From a virus: a DNA stretch of 64,000 nt. The stretch covers positions 32,001 through 96,000 of IMG/VR virus record IMGVR_UViG_3300007609_000005. One strand, given 5' to 3'. This document shows positions 40,012-50,610 of this stretch, in pieces. The notes under the pieces are model-generated. The model made no database searches, was not told the DNA's origin, and worked only from the letters and a program-made list of their open reading frames with translations. Each line of letters opens with the position of its first letter. Position 1 is the first letter of the stretch. The position numbers and the translations under genes are program-made.

Positions 40012-41390
40012 CCATAGAACTGTTTCTTATACTCTTCCTTATACTTATTGGAGATTTCATAATAATCATAATCAACAGTCCGTATTACATTTTCAAAAAT
40101 CTCTTTCATATATTTATCAATGTAGCCATCCTCATATTTATATGACATATCGGTTACATTTACTTTATCAGACAATTTAACCTCATTCAAGTCGAAATGG
40201 GGTTTTATATAATCAGTACCCATATAGAAAGAGTATTCTAAAATATCATTCTCATTACTGAAAATAATCATTTTATAAATTCCTTTCAATTTTTCCAAAT
40301 AACTTTCAACAACCTCTTTTATCTCTTTTGAGACATATGCATTATTATAATACTCACCATCTATTTCAACATAGTCATGGTAATTATTCTTATACATCTC
40401 CCACACCTCATTATCAATTATCCTTTCGATGTCCCGGTAAAACTCTTTCTTTATATCCCCTTTGGTTTTTTTACCTACCCATTGTTTCTTTTTAAAATAA
40501 TCTTCCAAGGTATCTGACTTATGTTTTCTCATATCATCACTCAACATTTTCAGAAGAAACCTTGACATTTTGTCCGGCTTAGAACGGATGTTATGTACCA
40601 TATTAGAAATAACATACACCGCCTCGTGTTCATATGGTGAACCCAATCGATAATGATTGTGTGTTTCTTTCCCCAATGTTTCGTCCAATTCTTTCTTCAA
40701 CTTATCACTATTCATAAATTTAACAATCCTATCATAGTTCTTTTCATCGTTAAAAGATAAAAATGATGCCAATTTAATTTGATCATACTTAGGTACCCAA
40801 GTAGTTTTGGATTCACCATCACCCTCTTCGAAATCAGAAGATACATTTTTAATGGGGTTCTTTTGGTTTAGGAAATCTTCTTTATTTTTATATAGATACA
40901 ATGGAATATCACGTTTATTACAATAATGAATCAATTCAGAAACACCATCATAATATTCATCATCTCTCTGATATGCATCACAATGTATTTCTAAGATATA
41001 CTTACTTGCATTCGGTATAACAGCATCATTTGATACCAATCTATCCTCTTGTTCAGTTTCCAATGCACTCTTATAAGAACTCACTGTTTGGTACTCATTG
41101 GGGTCCTTCGACCATTGCCAATAATCAACGGGGATTATTTTATACTTGTTCCTTAATTTACGATCATCAAGTAATATTTTAGTATTACCCGATCGATAAC
41201 CACTACTCTTACTCCTAGTCATTGAGAAAAAGAAAAATCTACCCTTATTTATTTTAAGATCGGACGATGTTCCTGCAGCCGATGTCAAACTTATTTCATC
41301 ATTCTTAAGTATGTTGGCAACATAACCACTATTTGTGAAATGGTATAAACCATAACCTACTTTTTCCAAAAAGGTTTTTAGGAACTTCAT
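40008..41390 (-). CDS. Protein with N-terminal ART-like domain (MKFLKTFLE)
   Basis: LYHFT, FSMTRS, EQEDR pattern. Confidence 0.6.
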   Translation of the reverse strand: MKFLKTFLEKVGYGLYHFTNSGYVANILKNDEISLTSAAGTSSDLKINKGRFFFFSMTRSKSSGYRSGNTKILLDDRKLRNKYKIIPVDYWQWSKDPNEYQTVSSYKSALETEQEDRLVSNDAVIPNASKYILEIHCDAYQRDDEYYDGVSELIHYCNKRDIPLYLYKNKEDFLNQKNPIKNVSSDFEEGDGESKTTWVPKYDQIKLASFLSFNDEKNYDRIVKFMNSDKLKKELDETLGKETHNHYRLGSPYEHEAVYVISNMVHNIRSKPDKMSRFLLKMLSDDMRKHKSDTLEDYFKKKQWVGKKTKGDIKKEFYRDIERIIDNEVWEMYKNNYHDYVEIDGEYYNNAYVSKEIKEVVESYLEKLKGIYKMIIFSNENDILEYSFYMGTDYIKPHFDLNEVKLSDKVNVTDMSYKYEDGYIDKYMKEIFENVIRTVDYDYYEISNKYKEEYKKQFYG

Positions 41391-41442
41391 AATTTTATAT
41401 ATTAAAAATAACTTTTAACGATTAAAATCGTATATTTGTAGT

Positions 41443-42723
41443 ATGTCAAAGAATAAAAAGTATATTAATGTGATGTTCCCATACCCAAGTGGTTCAGGCC
41501 TTCACATCGGACATGTTTATAATTATGCAATAATGGATTCCTATTCCAGGTATTGGCGGTATAGAGGATATGATGTATTTCAACCATTCGGATTTGACTC
41601 ATTCGGACTTCCTGCCGAAAATTATGCCAAAAAAGTTGGAAGGAAGCCAAGTGAAGTCACATATGAGAATATTGAAAACTTCAGAAAACAAATGAGAGAC
41701 ATGAATACTGAATATACTGAGTTGCTAACGACTTCGGATGTTTCATATTATAAATGGACACAGTGGATATTCAGTAAGTTGAGAGAACATGGTTTGGCAT
41801 ACAAAAAAGATGGTGAAGTGAATTGGTGTACATCGTGTGAAACTGTCTTGGCAAGAGAACAAGTTAAAGATGGTGTGTGTAAAAGGTGTAGTTCTACCGT
41901 GGAAGAGAAGGTAATGAACCAATGGTATTTCAAGATAACCGATTACAAGGACAGGTTGATCAAAAATTTGGATCACATCGACTACCCACAATCAACTATC
42001 AATGCACAAAGAAATTGGTTGGAGAATTTGCACGATTGGTGTGTTTCAAGACAAAGAAGTTGGGGATGTCCAATTCCCGTTGAAAATGAAACAGACACAT
42101 TGGATACATTTGTCGATTCATCTTTCTATTTTGTTCGATATTGTGACCCATTCAATGATGAAGAATTGTGTTCAAGAGATAAATACCAACAAGTCGATAT
42201 GTATGTTGGTGGAAGTGAACACGCCTGTATGCACTTGATATATGCCAGGTTCATTCATATGTTCTTGTACGATATTGGTGTTGTCCCGGTCGAAGAACCA
42301 TTCAAAAGTGTAAGACACCAAGGTATGATATTGAATGATGGTGAAAAGATGTCAAAGTCAAAAGGAAATACAATAAATCCCGATGATTACGACCCAGATG
42401 AGTTGAGAATGTACTTGATGTTCATTGGCCACTATTTCGATGGTGGTTCGTGGTCAGATAAGAATATAAAGGGAATTAGACGATTCATCGGCAGGTTTAA
42501 GGAATGGATGTCGAGAGAAGGTGATCATGTTATTGACATCGAACCATTCAAAGAGAAAGTTTTCAATTATACGGAATCTTTCAAATTCAACAAAGTTGTT
42601 TCTGAGTATATGACATTGGTGAATAAGAATAGAAAATACAACATAACCCCTGAAGTTAAAAAAGAATTGACCAATATTTTGAAAATATATATCCCCGGTT
42701 TAGAATTGGGTGATGGTGATTAA
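41443..42723 (+). CDS. leuS: Minimal leucyl-tRNA synthetase lacking CP1 editing domain
   Basis: MFPYPSGSGLHIGH, GFDSFGLPAEN, DWCVSRQRSWGCPIP, DTFVDSS, YVGGSEHA, KMSKS; 426 aa. Confidence 0.92.
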   Translation: MSKNKKYINVMFPYPSGSGLHIGHVYNYAIMDSYSRYWRYRGYDVFQPFGFDSFGLPAENYAKKVGRKPSEVTYENIENFRKQMRDMNTEYTELLTTSDVSYYKWTQWIFSKLREHGLAYKKDGEVNWCTSCETVLAREQVKDGVCKRCSSTVEEKVMNQWYFKITDYKDRLIKNLDHIDYPQSTINAQRNWLENLHDWCVSRQRSWGCPIPVENETDTLDTFVDSSFYFVRYCDPFNDEELCSRDKYQQVDMYVGGSEHACMHLIYARFIHMFLYDIGVVPVEEPFKSVRHQGMILNDGEKMSKSKGNTINPDDYDPDELRMYLMFIGHYFDGGSWSDKNIKGIRRFIGRFKEWMSREGDHVIDIEPFKEKVFNYTESFKFNKVVSEYMTLVNKNRKYNITPEVKKELTNILKIYIPGLELGDGD

Positions 42724-42788
42724 CTTCACTTTATGATTTGGTAATACATATATTTTTCGTAAATTTACATAAACAAATCAAAAATCAG

Positions 42789-42986
42789 ATGAATATCACA
42801 AACGAAAAAATGCTTTCTGATCAAGAAAACTCAAAACTGTGGTTCAATAACTTGACATCAGGTGAAGAACAAATGTTATTGTATAAATATAATCACAAAA
42901 ATGCATTCCTATCAACAAAGGAGGTTGAGGAAATGTGGAAATCCGAATTATCTGAATCATTGACCAATAGAGTGAATGACATCTGA
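42789..42986 (+). CDS. Hypothetical protein
   Basis: Small ORF. Confidence 0.55.
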   Translation: MNITNEKMLSDQENSKLWFNNLTSGEEQMLLYKYNHKNAFLSTKEVEEMWKSELSESLTNRVNDI

Positions 42987-43308
42987 AATTAAAAAAAGTA
43001 TATTAATATCATTATTCACAACCCAAGGAAATTATGTGAGCAATGATGGTATATTCCGAGTTGGTCCGGACTTCAAGCCATTTGACATTTTCATATTTCA
43101 TAAATTAGTGGAAAGCTCAATATTACTTGAGATAAGTACTGGTATTGATGGTTCGGAAAAAGATACTAAATACAACTGGTGCTATATACTCAACCATAAT
43201 AGACTTATAGAAAAAATCAAATCAATAGATGAAAAATTTACAGACTATGATTGGAATTATCTATTAAGATTGTCAAGGGAAAATAAACTAAACAATATTC
43301 TAAGTTGA
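42976..43308 (+). CDS. Hypothetical protein with C-terminal motif
   Basis: Ends RENKLNNILS. Confidence 0.7.
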   Translation: MTSEIKKSILISLFTTQGNYVSNDGIFRVGPDFKPFDIFIFHKLVESSILLEISTGIDGSEKDTKYNWCYILNHNRLIEKIKSIDEKFTDYDWNYLLRLSRENKLNNILS

Positions 43309-43326
43309 TCATTCAATAATATTTAT

Positions 43327-43728
43327 ATGAGAACAACACCCAAAAATATTAAGAAACTTGAAAGTAACCAAATATTTGTATTTGGCAGCAACCAATCCGG
43401 AAGACATGGGAAAGGTGCTGCGAAAACAGCACTTGGTTGGGGTGCTGTATATGGACAAGCAGAGGGTTTGCAAGGTAAAACCTATGGAATTCCAAGTAAA
43501 GATAAAAGCATAAGACGAACGTTATCCATAGAGGAAATTAAACCTTACGTTGATAGATTTATAGAATTTGCTGAAACCCACCCCGAACTAACATTCTTAG
43601 TAACTGAAATCGGTTGTGGTTTGGCAGGATTAAAGCCCAAGAATGTAGCACCCCTTTTTACAGAATGCAAGAATCTTGAAAATGTTTGGCTACCTGCTAG
43701 GTTTTGGCATAAGTTAGGTGGAACATAA
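43327..43728 (+). CDS. A1S_2505-family (macro-like) phage protein
   Basis: IFVFGSN..GRHGKGAA, TEIGCGLAG. Confidence 0.75.
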   Translation: MRTTPKNIKKLESNQIFVFGSNQSGRHGKGAAKTALGWGAVYGQAEGLQGKTYGIPSKDKSIRRTLSIEEIKPYVDRFIEFAETHPELTFLVTEIGCGLAGLKPKNVAPLFTECKNLENVWLPARFWHKLGGT

Positions 43729-43756
43729 TAACATACCCAAAACTAATATATAATCA

Positions 43757-44209
43757 ATGGATCATATATTAAATTACAATAATTTCCCAATACTTGAACA
43801 ACGCAACGATGGATTAGTGGCGTATCACGGAACATCTGATAAGAACATCCAAAACATCCAAAACAATGGATTGAATAAGCCATTTTTAGCAAAAACATAT
43901 GAATTGGCAGAATATTATGCAGAAGAAGCATGTGATGATATCGGTGGGAATCCAATAATTATCGAACTTGTAGTCCCTGATATTTCAAAATTAAGATATG
44001 ATGGTGCTGCGATGGATGAACCGGTTCTAGTCGATGAAAATACTGTCCAAAAGGAGTTAGATAAAGCAGAGGAAGAACACCCGGAGTGGGTCAAAGGCGA
44101 TGTTATTATTATTCCAAGTGATGAGTGGGAATATTCATGGAGAGGTGCAAATTCAATTTGGTATGATGGTTATATATCAAGTGATAATTTCATTAGTGAA
44201 TATGACTAA
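43757..44209 (+). CDS. ART-like protein with N-terminal targeting-like peptide
   Basis: AYHGT...FLAKTYELAEYYA. Confidence 0.6.
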   Translation: MDHILNYNNFPILEQRNDGLVAYHGTSDKNIQNIQNNGLNKPFLAKTYELAEYYAEEACDDIGGNPIIIELVVPDISKLRYDGAAMDEPVLVDENTVQKELDKAEEEHPEWVKGDVIIIPSDEWEYSWRGANSIWYDGYISSDNFISEYD

Positions 44210-44254
44210 TTATTTTTATATTTGTGTTAGTATTCACAGCAAATTAAAACTAAT

Positions 44255-44449
44255 ATGGAAAACATAACAGTAAATGCATTAGAATTGGCATCAGAATTAG
44301 CCGACCAAAAACTCAGAGCCGATTGGAGTGAATCCATCACCATTGATGCAGGAGATGGTGAAGAAGTATTTTACACGGAAGAGGCACAAGACCTTTTTAA
44401 TGAATACTATGACAAATATTTCACCTTGATAAATTCTTGCAAGGCGTGA
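44255..44449 (+). CDS. Hypothetical protein
   Basis: ORF after TAnnTTTG (44217). Confidence 0.65.
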   Translation: MENITVNALELASELADQKLRADWSESITIDAGDGEEVFYTEEAQDLFNEYYDKYFTLINSCKA

Positions 44450-44880
44450 TGTATAAAATAGAACGCCATAATCTAGTAACCGAAACCATTAAAGACATTC
44501 TTTATGTTTTTGGTGGTAGGAAAATCTATACCATAGATACACATTCATCGTCTTATAATAGTAAAAAAGCATATTTTCTAAATACTGAAGAAGAAATCCC
44601 CATACACATATACACGAAACTGTATAATGCACATCTTTTAAGTATTGAGGGTGATGTCTACCTTGGGGAATCAAAACCATGGTATAATCAATTGAAAAGA
44701 TTTCTACCCAAAGACCCAAGTGTGGAAAATAAAGTTATAACAGTTTACACATTTAACGAACCATTGATACGGTTTCGAGTACACGGCTTAATTTCAAGTG
44801 GTGATTGGAAACAAACTGAACGGGATACATTGAAGACAATGAAGCGTAACATAAGAATAAATGAAATTTTGAGTAACTAA
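44449..44880 (+). CDS. Hypothetical protein with C-terminal motif
   Basis: Ends RNIRINEILSN. Confidence 0.7.
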   Translation: MYKIERHNLVTETIKDILYVFGGRKIYTIDTHSSSYNSKKAYFLNTEEEIPIHIYTKLYNAHLLSIEGDVYLGESKPWYNQLKRFLPKDPSVENKVITVYTFNEPLIRFRVHGLISSGDWKQTERDTLKTMKRNIRINEILSN

Positions 44881-44942
44881 TTGCGTACAGAAATTATACC
44901 GAACTATATTAAACTTTATCACAATAAATGTGTATAGTAAGT

Positions 44943-45152
44943 ATGGCAATATACAAACCAGACTATAAATTCAAAAAGGCAAAAGAGTTAATTAATAGCC
45001 TTGATGACACAGAAGAAAATGAATTGATTAAATACTATATCAAAAAGAAACAAGATCGTATTGATGAACTAAACAATAGGTTGAATGAACACAACGACTT
45101 TTTCGAAAAACTTGACCGATTTTTACCAAATAGAAATCCTATCATTCGGTAG
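44943..45152 (+). CDS. Small coiled-coil hypothetical protein
   Basis: After AAAC-N18-TATA. Confidence 0.6.
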   Translation: MAIYKPDYKFKKAKELINSLDDTEENELIKYYIKKKQDRIDELNNRLNEHNDFFEKLDRFLPNRNPIIR

Positions 45153-45205
45153 ATTTTGACTAAATGTATATAATTATACAAGTGATAATTTTATATATAT
45201 ATTTA

Positions 45206-45910
45206 ATGAAACACTTGAAGAGTTTTGAGTCTAAGAATTATCCAACTTTATACCACTATATCCCCTTATACAACCTTATCAAAGTATTTGAGGAATATAC
45301 AAGAACCGGTAAATTCTTATTAAAGACCGATGTCTGCCCAGAAAGAACCAATAACAAACCCGTTGTTAGTTTAAGTAGAAACTCACAGATGAACAGTGTC
45401 GATTTATCGATGTCAAAACAACTATGTAGAATATCCTTTGATGGAGAAAAATTATCACATAGATTTAAAATGAAACCATATGCCGATTCAACATACACAA
45501 AAGGTATTGATGGTGAAGAAGAAGAAATGCTATTTCTAAATGATGATGGCACTTACACAAATACAATCAACAACCAAATACCTTGTAGATATGAGGGTGA
45601 TGTTACAGATTGCATAATACGAATAGATATACTCACAAAGGTCACTGAAGTCAGAAATGGTCAATCTGGGTATGTTTCTTGGTCGGATAAGTATGATGAT
45701 TACAACCCAAAATACCTTAACCGAAAAGATGAACACGATGATATGCAAAGAGACCATGATAACATGGTCCGTAAGTTATTCCAAACCATACGTGAAAATA
45801 AAATACCTTTCCCTGTCAGACTTGTTAAAAAGTTCTCAAATATAAAGTATCAAGATCGTTATATTGATAAATGGAACAGACGAAGTTATCGATATAATAA
45901 AGGTAATTGA
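45206..45910 (+). CDS. ART-like protein (MKHLKSFES), related to 40008-41390
   Basis: LYHYI, VSLSRN, EEEE pattern. Confidence 0.6.
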   Translation: MKHLKSFESKNYPTLYHYIPLYNLIKVFEEYTRTGKFLLKTDVCPERTNNKPVVSLSRNSQMNSVDLSMSKQLCRISFDGEKLSHRFKMKPYADSTYTKGIDGEEEEMLFLNDDGTYTNTINNQIPCRYEGDVTDCIIRIDILTKVTEVRNGQSGYVSWSDKYDDYNPKYLNRKDEHDDMQRDHDNMVRKLFQTIRENKIPFPVRLVKKFSNIKYQDRYIDKWNRRSYRYNKGN

Positions 45911-45925
45911 GTTAATATATACTCA

Positions 45926-46354
45926 ATGAAACACATACTCCCATTCAATGAAGATAATAATGACAATGGTCTAAGTGATGACGACATTAAAGAACATTTC
46001 TATGATCTACTGGATAAAGGCTACGAGTATTCAGCCATCGATACAAGTGATTCTCGTTATATGAACATAAGCAAGGGATTAATGCAATCAGAGTTGAGTA
46101 GAGTTCCTGATGATGAACACCCATGGAAGAAGAAGAAAATATGTCTAAGTGGTCGAATAATAGATAACATCCCGTTAAATATTTTTAAAAAGAAAACCGA
46201 AAATGAACAGATAGTGGTGAATGGATGTGAAACTTTAGAGAAATTGTATGATGGTAGTGTTTTGTTATACCACGTAAATACTGAGGTAAATAATCTTTAT
46301 GGTGAGGGAATTCACCATGAAATAACTGTAATATTCATAGAAAGAACGTCTTAG
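45926..46354 (+). CDS. Hypothetical protein (MKHILPFNE)
   Basis: TAATATATA promoter and N-terminal motif. Confidence 0.7.
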   Translation: MKHILPFNEDNNDNGLSDDDIKEHFYDLLDKGYEYSAIDTSDSRYMNISKGLMQSELSRVPDDEHPWKKKKICLSGRIIDNIPLNIFKKKTENEQIVVNGCETLEKLYDGSVLLYHVNTEVNNLYGEGIHHEITVIFIERTS

Positions 46355-46378
46355 GTTATACACAACCAATAATAAAAA

Positions 46379-46945
46379 TTACACTAAGTAATCGAAAGCC
46401 TCTTTGTATAGGTTTATCAAATTCTTATCATACCTAGACTCATCTCTCCAAGCAGAGAATGATGCACTCATAGTAGAACCATCCAAAGTAGCAACCAAAT
46501 ATGTTTTTTTGTTTCCAACTATTTTCTGTAATTCCGATGGAGATAAACCATCCACATCTTCTTCGAAATAATCAATCTCTTGGATAGTACCAAGTGGATT
46601 CGTGTATGTTGCAGTTACCGGCAACTCTTCATAATATGTTACACCCAATTGATAAATTCCCTTTTTGACCATTAGTGCAGCCTTCTTCTCATCCACACTC
46701 GGAACAGTGTGCTTCATTATGGCAGACCAACTTGGTCTTTTCATATCTCCAACGTTCAAATAATCTTCTACATCAAAATTATAGTGATGATAAAGAACTT
46801 GTGACAGTAACCAATACTGATTACGTTCAATGCAATCATCTACGAACGAATAATATTTTATGAAGTTTTCACTGCCAAGTTTGGCAATTTTGTCTATCTT
46901 TCGATAGAAATTGTTCATTTGTCGTTTCTGTGATATCCAAGCCAT
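46379..46945 (-). CDS. Hypothetical protein
   Basis: 188 aa ORF behind TATATA. Confidence 0.7.
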   Translation of the reverse strand: MAWISQKRQMNNFYRKIDKIAKLGSENFIKYYSFVDDCIERNQYWLLSQVLYHHYNFDVEDYLNVGDMKRPSWSAIMKHTVPSVDEKKAALMVKKGIYQLGVTYYEELPVTATYTNPLGTIQEIDYFEEDVDGLSPSELQKIVGNKKTYLVATLDGSTMSASFSAWRDESRYDKNLINLYKEAFDYLV

Positions 46946-46955
46946 ATCCTATATA

Positions 46956-48005
46956 TTAGAATGTACCATCAGTCCGAACTTTATCTTCGGTAGGTTGCAC
47001 CTCTTCCTCATTCTGGCTTGCTTCTGCTTCTGCCTCAACTTTAACCTCTTCCTTTGGTTCTTCTGTGGCCTCTCCACTCTCTTCACTTCCTTTCTTGGTC
47101 TTTTCATCATACCTATCTACTTGGATAACTTTACCTAGATCTATTTTGAATCCCTCATTATCACCTTCATCGGTTCTCACTTGAACTTGCCGTTTAGGAC
47201 CAGAACCATCAAGTAGTTCGATGACAGTTGCCCTAGTTCCTTCATAATTATCATTATCTTGTGCATTTGACTTTGAGAAATATGTTATTTTATCACCCTT
47301 CTCTATTTCATTCTTAGGATCAAGGAAGGGAGATTCTTCCCACTGATAATTATCTGGGTCATCCATTGCCATTTCCATATCAAACTCAGAAGAAACCTCC
47401 TTAGGCTCTTTTTTAAGTGTTTCTGTTTCTTGTTTCTCCAATTCGACATTTTGTTCAGTCTTTTTTTGGAGATCGTTGGCAATATTGCTCAGATCATTAT
47501 TATTCTTCAACTGTTCCTCACTTATGCCCACTTGGTCATAGATAATTGCCCTTTCCCTTTCGAGAAGTTCTTGTTGCATTTCTATTTTCATTAACTTGAT
47601 ATAGTTTTTCATTCGTGGGTCTTTTTCCTCTTTCATCTGTTCTTTGAAACGAATGTCAAACTTCTCCTTGGATAATTTTATTTGCTTTTCAAAATTTTCC
47701 TTATTCTCTTTATAAGCATTACTCAGTTCTTCCATTTTCTTATCATCGACTTCCGGTTCTCCTTCTTGTGTAGTTTTAACATATTCTGCAAAATCTCTCA
47801 GAGATTTCAACATAATATTCTGTTTGGCAATCAATTCTGCTTTATAATCTTCGATTATTTTCTCAACTTCGGCTGCCGAGCCGAACATTTTGGAGAATTC
47901 TTTTGATACTTTGTTCTTAACCATATTCTTTAGTTTGTTGAACATATCTCCAACAACACCCTCATTATATTTCTTGTGTGATTCAAATGTCCTTATATAC
48001 CTCAT
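46956..48005 (-). CDS. Coiled-coil protein (MRYIRTFES)
   Basis: 349 aa, Glu/Lys-rich. Confidence 0.75.
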   Translation of the reverse strand: MRYIRTFESHKKYNEGVVGDMFNKLKNMVKNKVSKEFSKMFGSAAEVEKIIEDYKAELIAKQNIMLKSLRDFAEYVKTTQEGEPEVDDKKMEELSNAYKENKENFEKQIKLSKEKFDIRFKEQMKEEKDPRMKNYIKLMKIEMQQELLERERAIIYDQVGISEEQLKNNNDLSNIANDLQKKTEQNVELEKQETETLKKEPKEVSSEFDMEMAMDDPDNYQWEESPFLDPKNEIEKGDKITYFSKSNAQDNDNYEGTRATVIELLDGSGPKRQVQVRTDEGDNEGFKIDLGKVIQVDRYDEKTKKGSEESGEATEEPKEEVKVEAEAEASQNEEEVQPTEDKVRTDGTF

Positions 48006-48047
48006 AATAGCTCTTTTATTGTAACATATATATTAAATACCAATTCA

Positions 48048-48719
48048 TTAAACCTCTTCAACAAGAACTTGGCCCTTTCCCATTTCCACCAATGCTGCAA
48101 ACCGGTGGTTGAAATCCGTTAACGTATATTCTTTATTATCTTTCCAATATTCCAATATTTCTTTAAATCCCATATACAGATCGTGGTCATAATCACCTTC
48201 CCTATCCTCATCATCCATTATATCTTTATTATAAACAATATCCAGATCATCTACATCTCTCACATCGGACAGTTCCATTTCATCATTGAACCCAAATTCC
48301 CAAGGGCTACTTATAATATCAAATTTACTAAGGTCAAATAACTTCATATATTCCTTAGATAGTATCTCCCAAGCAATTTCGAAATTTTCATTTTCATCCA
48401 AATATTCTAACATCTCTTCCAAATTATTACACAACCCTAAAGGATTTGACTGAACAGGGAAGGTCTGAGTTATACCACCCTCATTGAAATATTGGATATA
48501 CCTCTTTATTTGGTCCGGATAAAATAAATTCTCTTCCGTATACTCTATCAAATCCACACTCACCATTGTATCATTCCCGGATAACTCATAAAGTATTCCA
48601 TCACAATACTCATAATCATGACCATCATCAGCTACCGTTTTAGTGATATCATATTCATCACCATCATTCAACGTATGATAAGAGGTTGCCTCATTGAATT
48701 CTTTAAAGTTTTTGATCAT
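48048..48719 (-). CDS. Acidic protein with split ParB/Srx-like motif (MIKNFKEFNE)
   Basis: LTDFNHRFAAL resembles DGxHR. Confidence 0.6.
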   Translation of the reverse strand: MIKNFKEFNEATSYHTLNDGDEYDITKTVADDGHDYEYCDGILYELSGNDTMVSVDLIEYTEENLFYPDQIKRYIQYFNEGGITQTFPVQSNPLGLCNNLEEMLEYLDENENFEIAWEILSKEYMKLFDLSKFDIISSPWEFGFNDEMELSDVRDVDDLDIVYNKDIMDDEDREGDYDHDLYMGFKEILEYWKDNKEYTLTDFNHRFAALVEMGKGQVLVEEV

Positions 48720-48785
48720 GTCATATATATATTAAAAACTTAGACATATATACATAGTATAATAATTAAAATAGATACACAGAAT

Positions 48786-49343
48786 ATGAATTGGAAAGAA
48801 TACTTACAGCTATCAGAAAAAACATTATCGACAGAATTCCATGTTGGTACAAAAACCGAAAACCTATTGCATGCAATAATGGGCATTCTCACTGAACTTG
48901 AAGAACTTATAATAAATCACGATGACGAATATGATGATGCCAATGTACTGGAAGAAGTTGGTGATATCACTTGGTATTTGGCAATAATCGGAAGGGAATA
49001 TGATATTGACTGGACACCGGATGAAGATGTTTATACACAAGTTCAATGCTCCAAGACAGAATATATAATGAAAATGATAAAAGCATCACTTAAAATGTTA
49101 GATGTGATGAAAAAGAAAATTTACTATAACAAACCAATTAATGACCAATTCATAATTGAACAAACAAGAATTGTTATGACAAACCTATATCTGTATTTTG
49201 ATAAATCAAATACAAAATTCAATTCTTGTTTTGATGTTAATATTGCAAAATTGAAACAGAGATATGGTGATAAATTCACATCAGAAAAAGCAATCAATAG
49301 AGATTTGGGTTCTGAAAGAAAAATTTTGGAAAATGGAAATTAA
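48786..49343 (+). CDS. MazG-like NTP pyrophosphohydrolase
   Basis: ELEEL, EEVGDITWY, NIAKLKQRY. Confidence 0.8.
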   Translation: MNWKEYLQLSEKTLSTEFHVGTKTENLLHAIMGILTELEELIINHDDEYDDANVLEEVGDITWYLAIIGREYDIDWTPDEDVYTQVQCSKTEYIMKMIKASLKMLDVMKKKIYYNKPINDQFIIEQTRIVMTNLYLYFDKSNTKFNSCFDVNIAKLKQRYGDKFTSEKAINRDLGSERKILENGN

Positions 49344-49381
49344 TTTATAATTTTGTAAAACAAACTAAAACAAACGAAGTA

Positions 49382-49645
49382 ATGAGCCACCAACAAGGAG
49401 AAATGACATTTCAAGAATTCAATGAGAGAGTTATGACCACGAAACATTCTGTGTGGTTTGATGCATTACATATCCAAAAAAGAAAAAGACTTTATAGAGA
49501 ATGGGGATATTTCTCAAATGACCTAATTGGGAAAAATAAAAAACCATCACTCAGAAAGTTTATTTACAACATAAGAAATAATAGACAGTATTATACAGTA
49601 CCCAAGCAGGCATTGAGAAAAAATATTTTAGATAAAATACTATGA
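49382..49645 (+). CDS. Hypothetical protein with C-terminal motif
   Basis: Ends RKNILDKIL. Confidence 0.65.
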   Translation: MSHQQGEMTFQEFNERVMTTKHSVWFDALHIQKRKRLYREWGYFSNDLIGKNKKPSLRKFIYNIRNNRQYYTVPKQALRKNILDKIL

Positions 49646-50610
49646 AGATTTTTGCAGGATCAAATTACGAACACCTAACAGACCTGGTTATTGATGGTCT
49701 GAATGAAACAAGGTTATCAACATCGAAAGTTGATATCGGTAAATTAAAAATAGACCATTTCAAAGATGGTGAAATGTTGCCACTGTTCAAAGAATCTATT
49801 CGATCAGAACATGTTTTCTATTTGAACTCAACATCATCTTCTGATGAATGGGTGGAGACATTCTTGGCAATGGATGCTATCAAACGATCAGGTTGCAAAA
49901 GACTAACTCTTTTGATTCCATTCCTTGGGTATTCACGCCAAGATAAAGCCGACCACCTACGCACTTCCATAGGTGCAAAGATGTTTGCAGATATCTTTGA
50001 TAAATTGAGTGAAAAGATGCACGTTGATATGATTACATTAGACCTCCATTCCAAGGCGGTTCAAGGATTTTATGATATTCCGGTCATCCACCTTATGGGC
50101 ACTCGTCTATTTGTTGAATATATCAATAAAATGAACCTTGATAATATCTGCATTGTTGCTCCGGACCGAGGTGCTGCAGACCGAGCAAATGCAGTACATA
50201 AAAAAATTCCAGGTTCAGAATTGGCAATCATCAATAAACAACGCATTGTTCCCAATAAAGTACATTCTATGGATTTGTTAGGTTCTGTTGAAGGAATGAA
50301 TGTCATAATAATCGATGATATGGCAGATACTTGTGGAACTTTATGCAAAGCATCTGACCTCCTATTGGAGAATGGTGCTGAGTCAGTAAGGGCAATGACC
50401 ACGCACGGCATTCTGTCAGGTGATGCACTAAATAAATTAGAAAACTCAAGTCTTGAATACCTTATGGTATTCGACACCATATCATCTGTATCTGATAAGG
50501 AAAAGAAATGTAGCAAGTTGAAAGTAGTTACTTGCTCAACAATGCTTTACGAATCGATAAATGCATTGAACAGACATATTTCAATTCAAACAAACGTAAA
50601 CGATAAGTAA
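49642..50610 (+). CDS. prs: Ribose-phosphate pyrophosphokinase family protein
   Basis: FKDGE, YSRQDK, DLH, PDRGA, IIDDMADTCGT, THG. Confidence 0.9.
   Translation: MKIFAGSNYEHLTDLVIDGLNETRLSTSKVDIGKLKIDHFKDGEMLPLFKESIRSEHVFYLNSTSSSDEWVETFLAMDAIKRSGCKRLTLLIPFLGYSRQDKADHLRTSIGAKMFADIFDKLSEKMHVDMITLDLHSKAVQGFYDIPVIHLMGTRLFVEYINKMNLDNICIVAPDRGAADRANAVHKKIPGSELAIINKQRIVPNKVHSMDLLGSVEGMNVIIIDDMADTCGTLCKASDLLLENGAESVRAMTTHGILSGDALNKLENSSLEYLMVFDTISSVSDKEKKCSKLKVVTCSTMLYESINALNRHISIQTNVNDK

Noticed and set aside
41391-41442. Leu-rich leader upstream of leuS
   Set aside because: Only 52 bp, occupied by divergent promoters; no leader ORF or hairpin.
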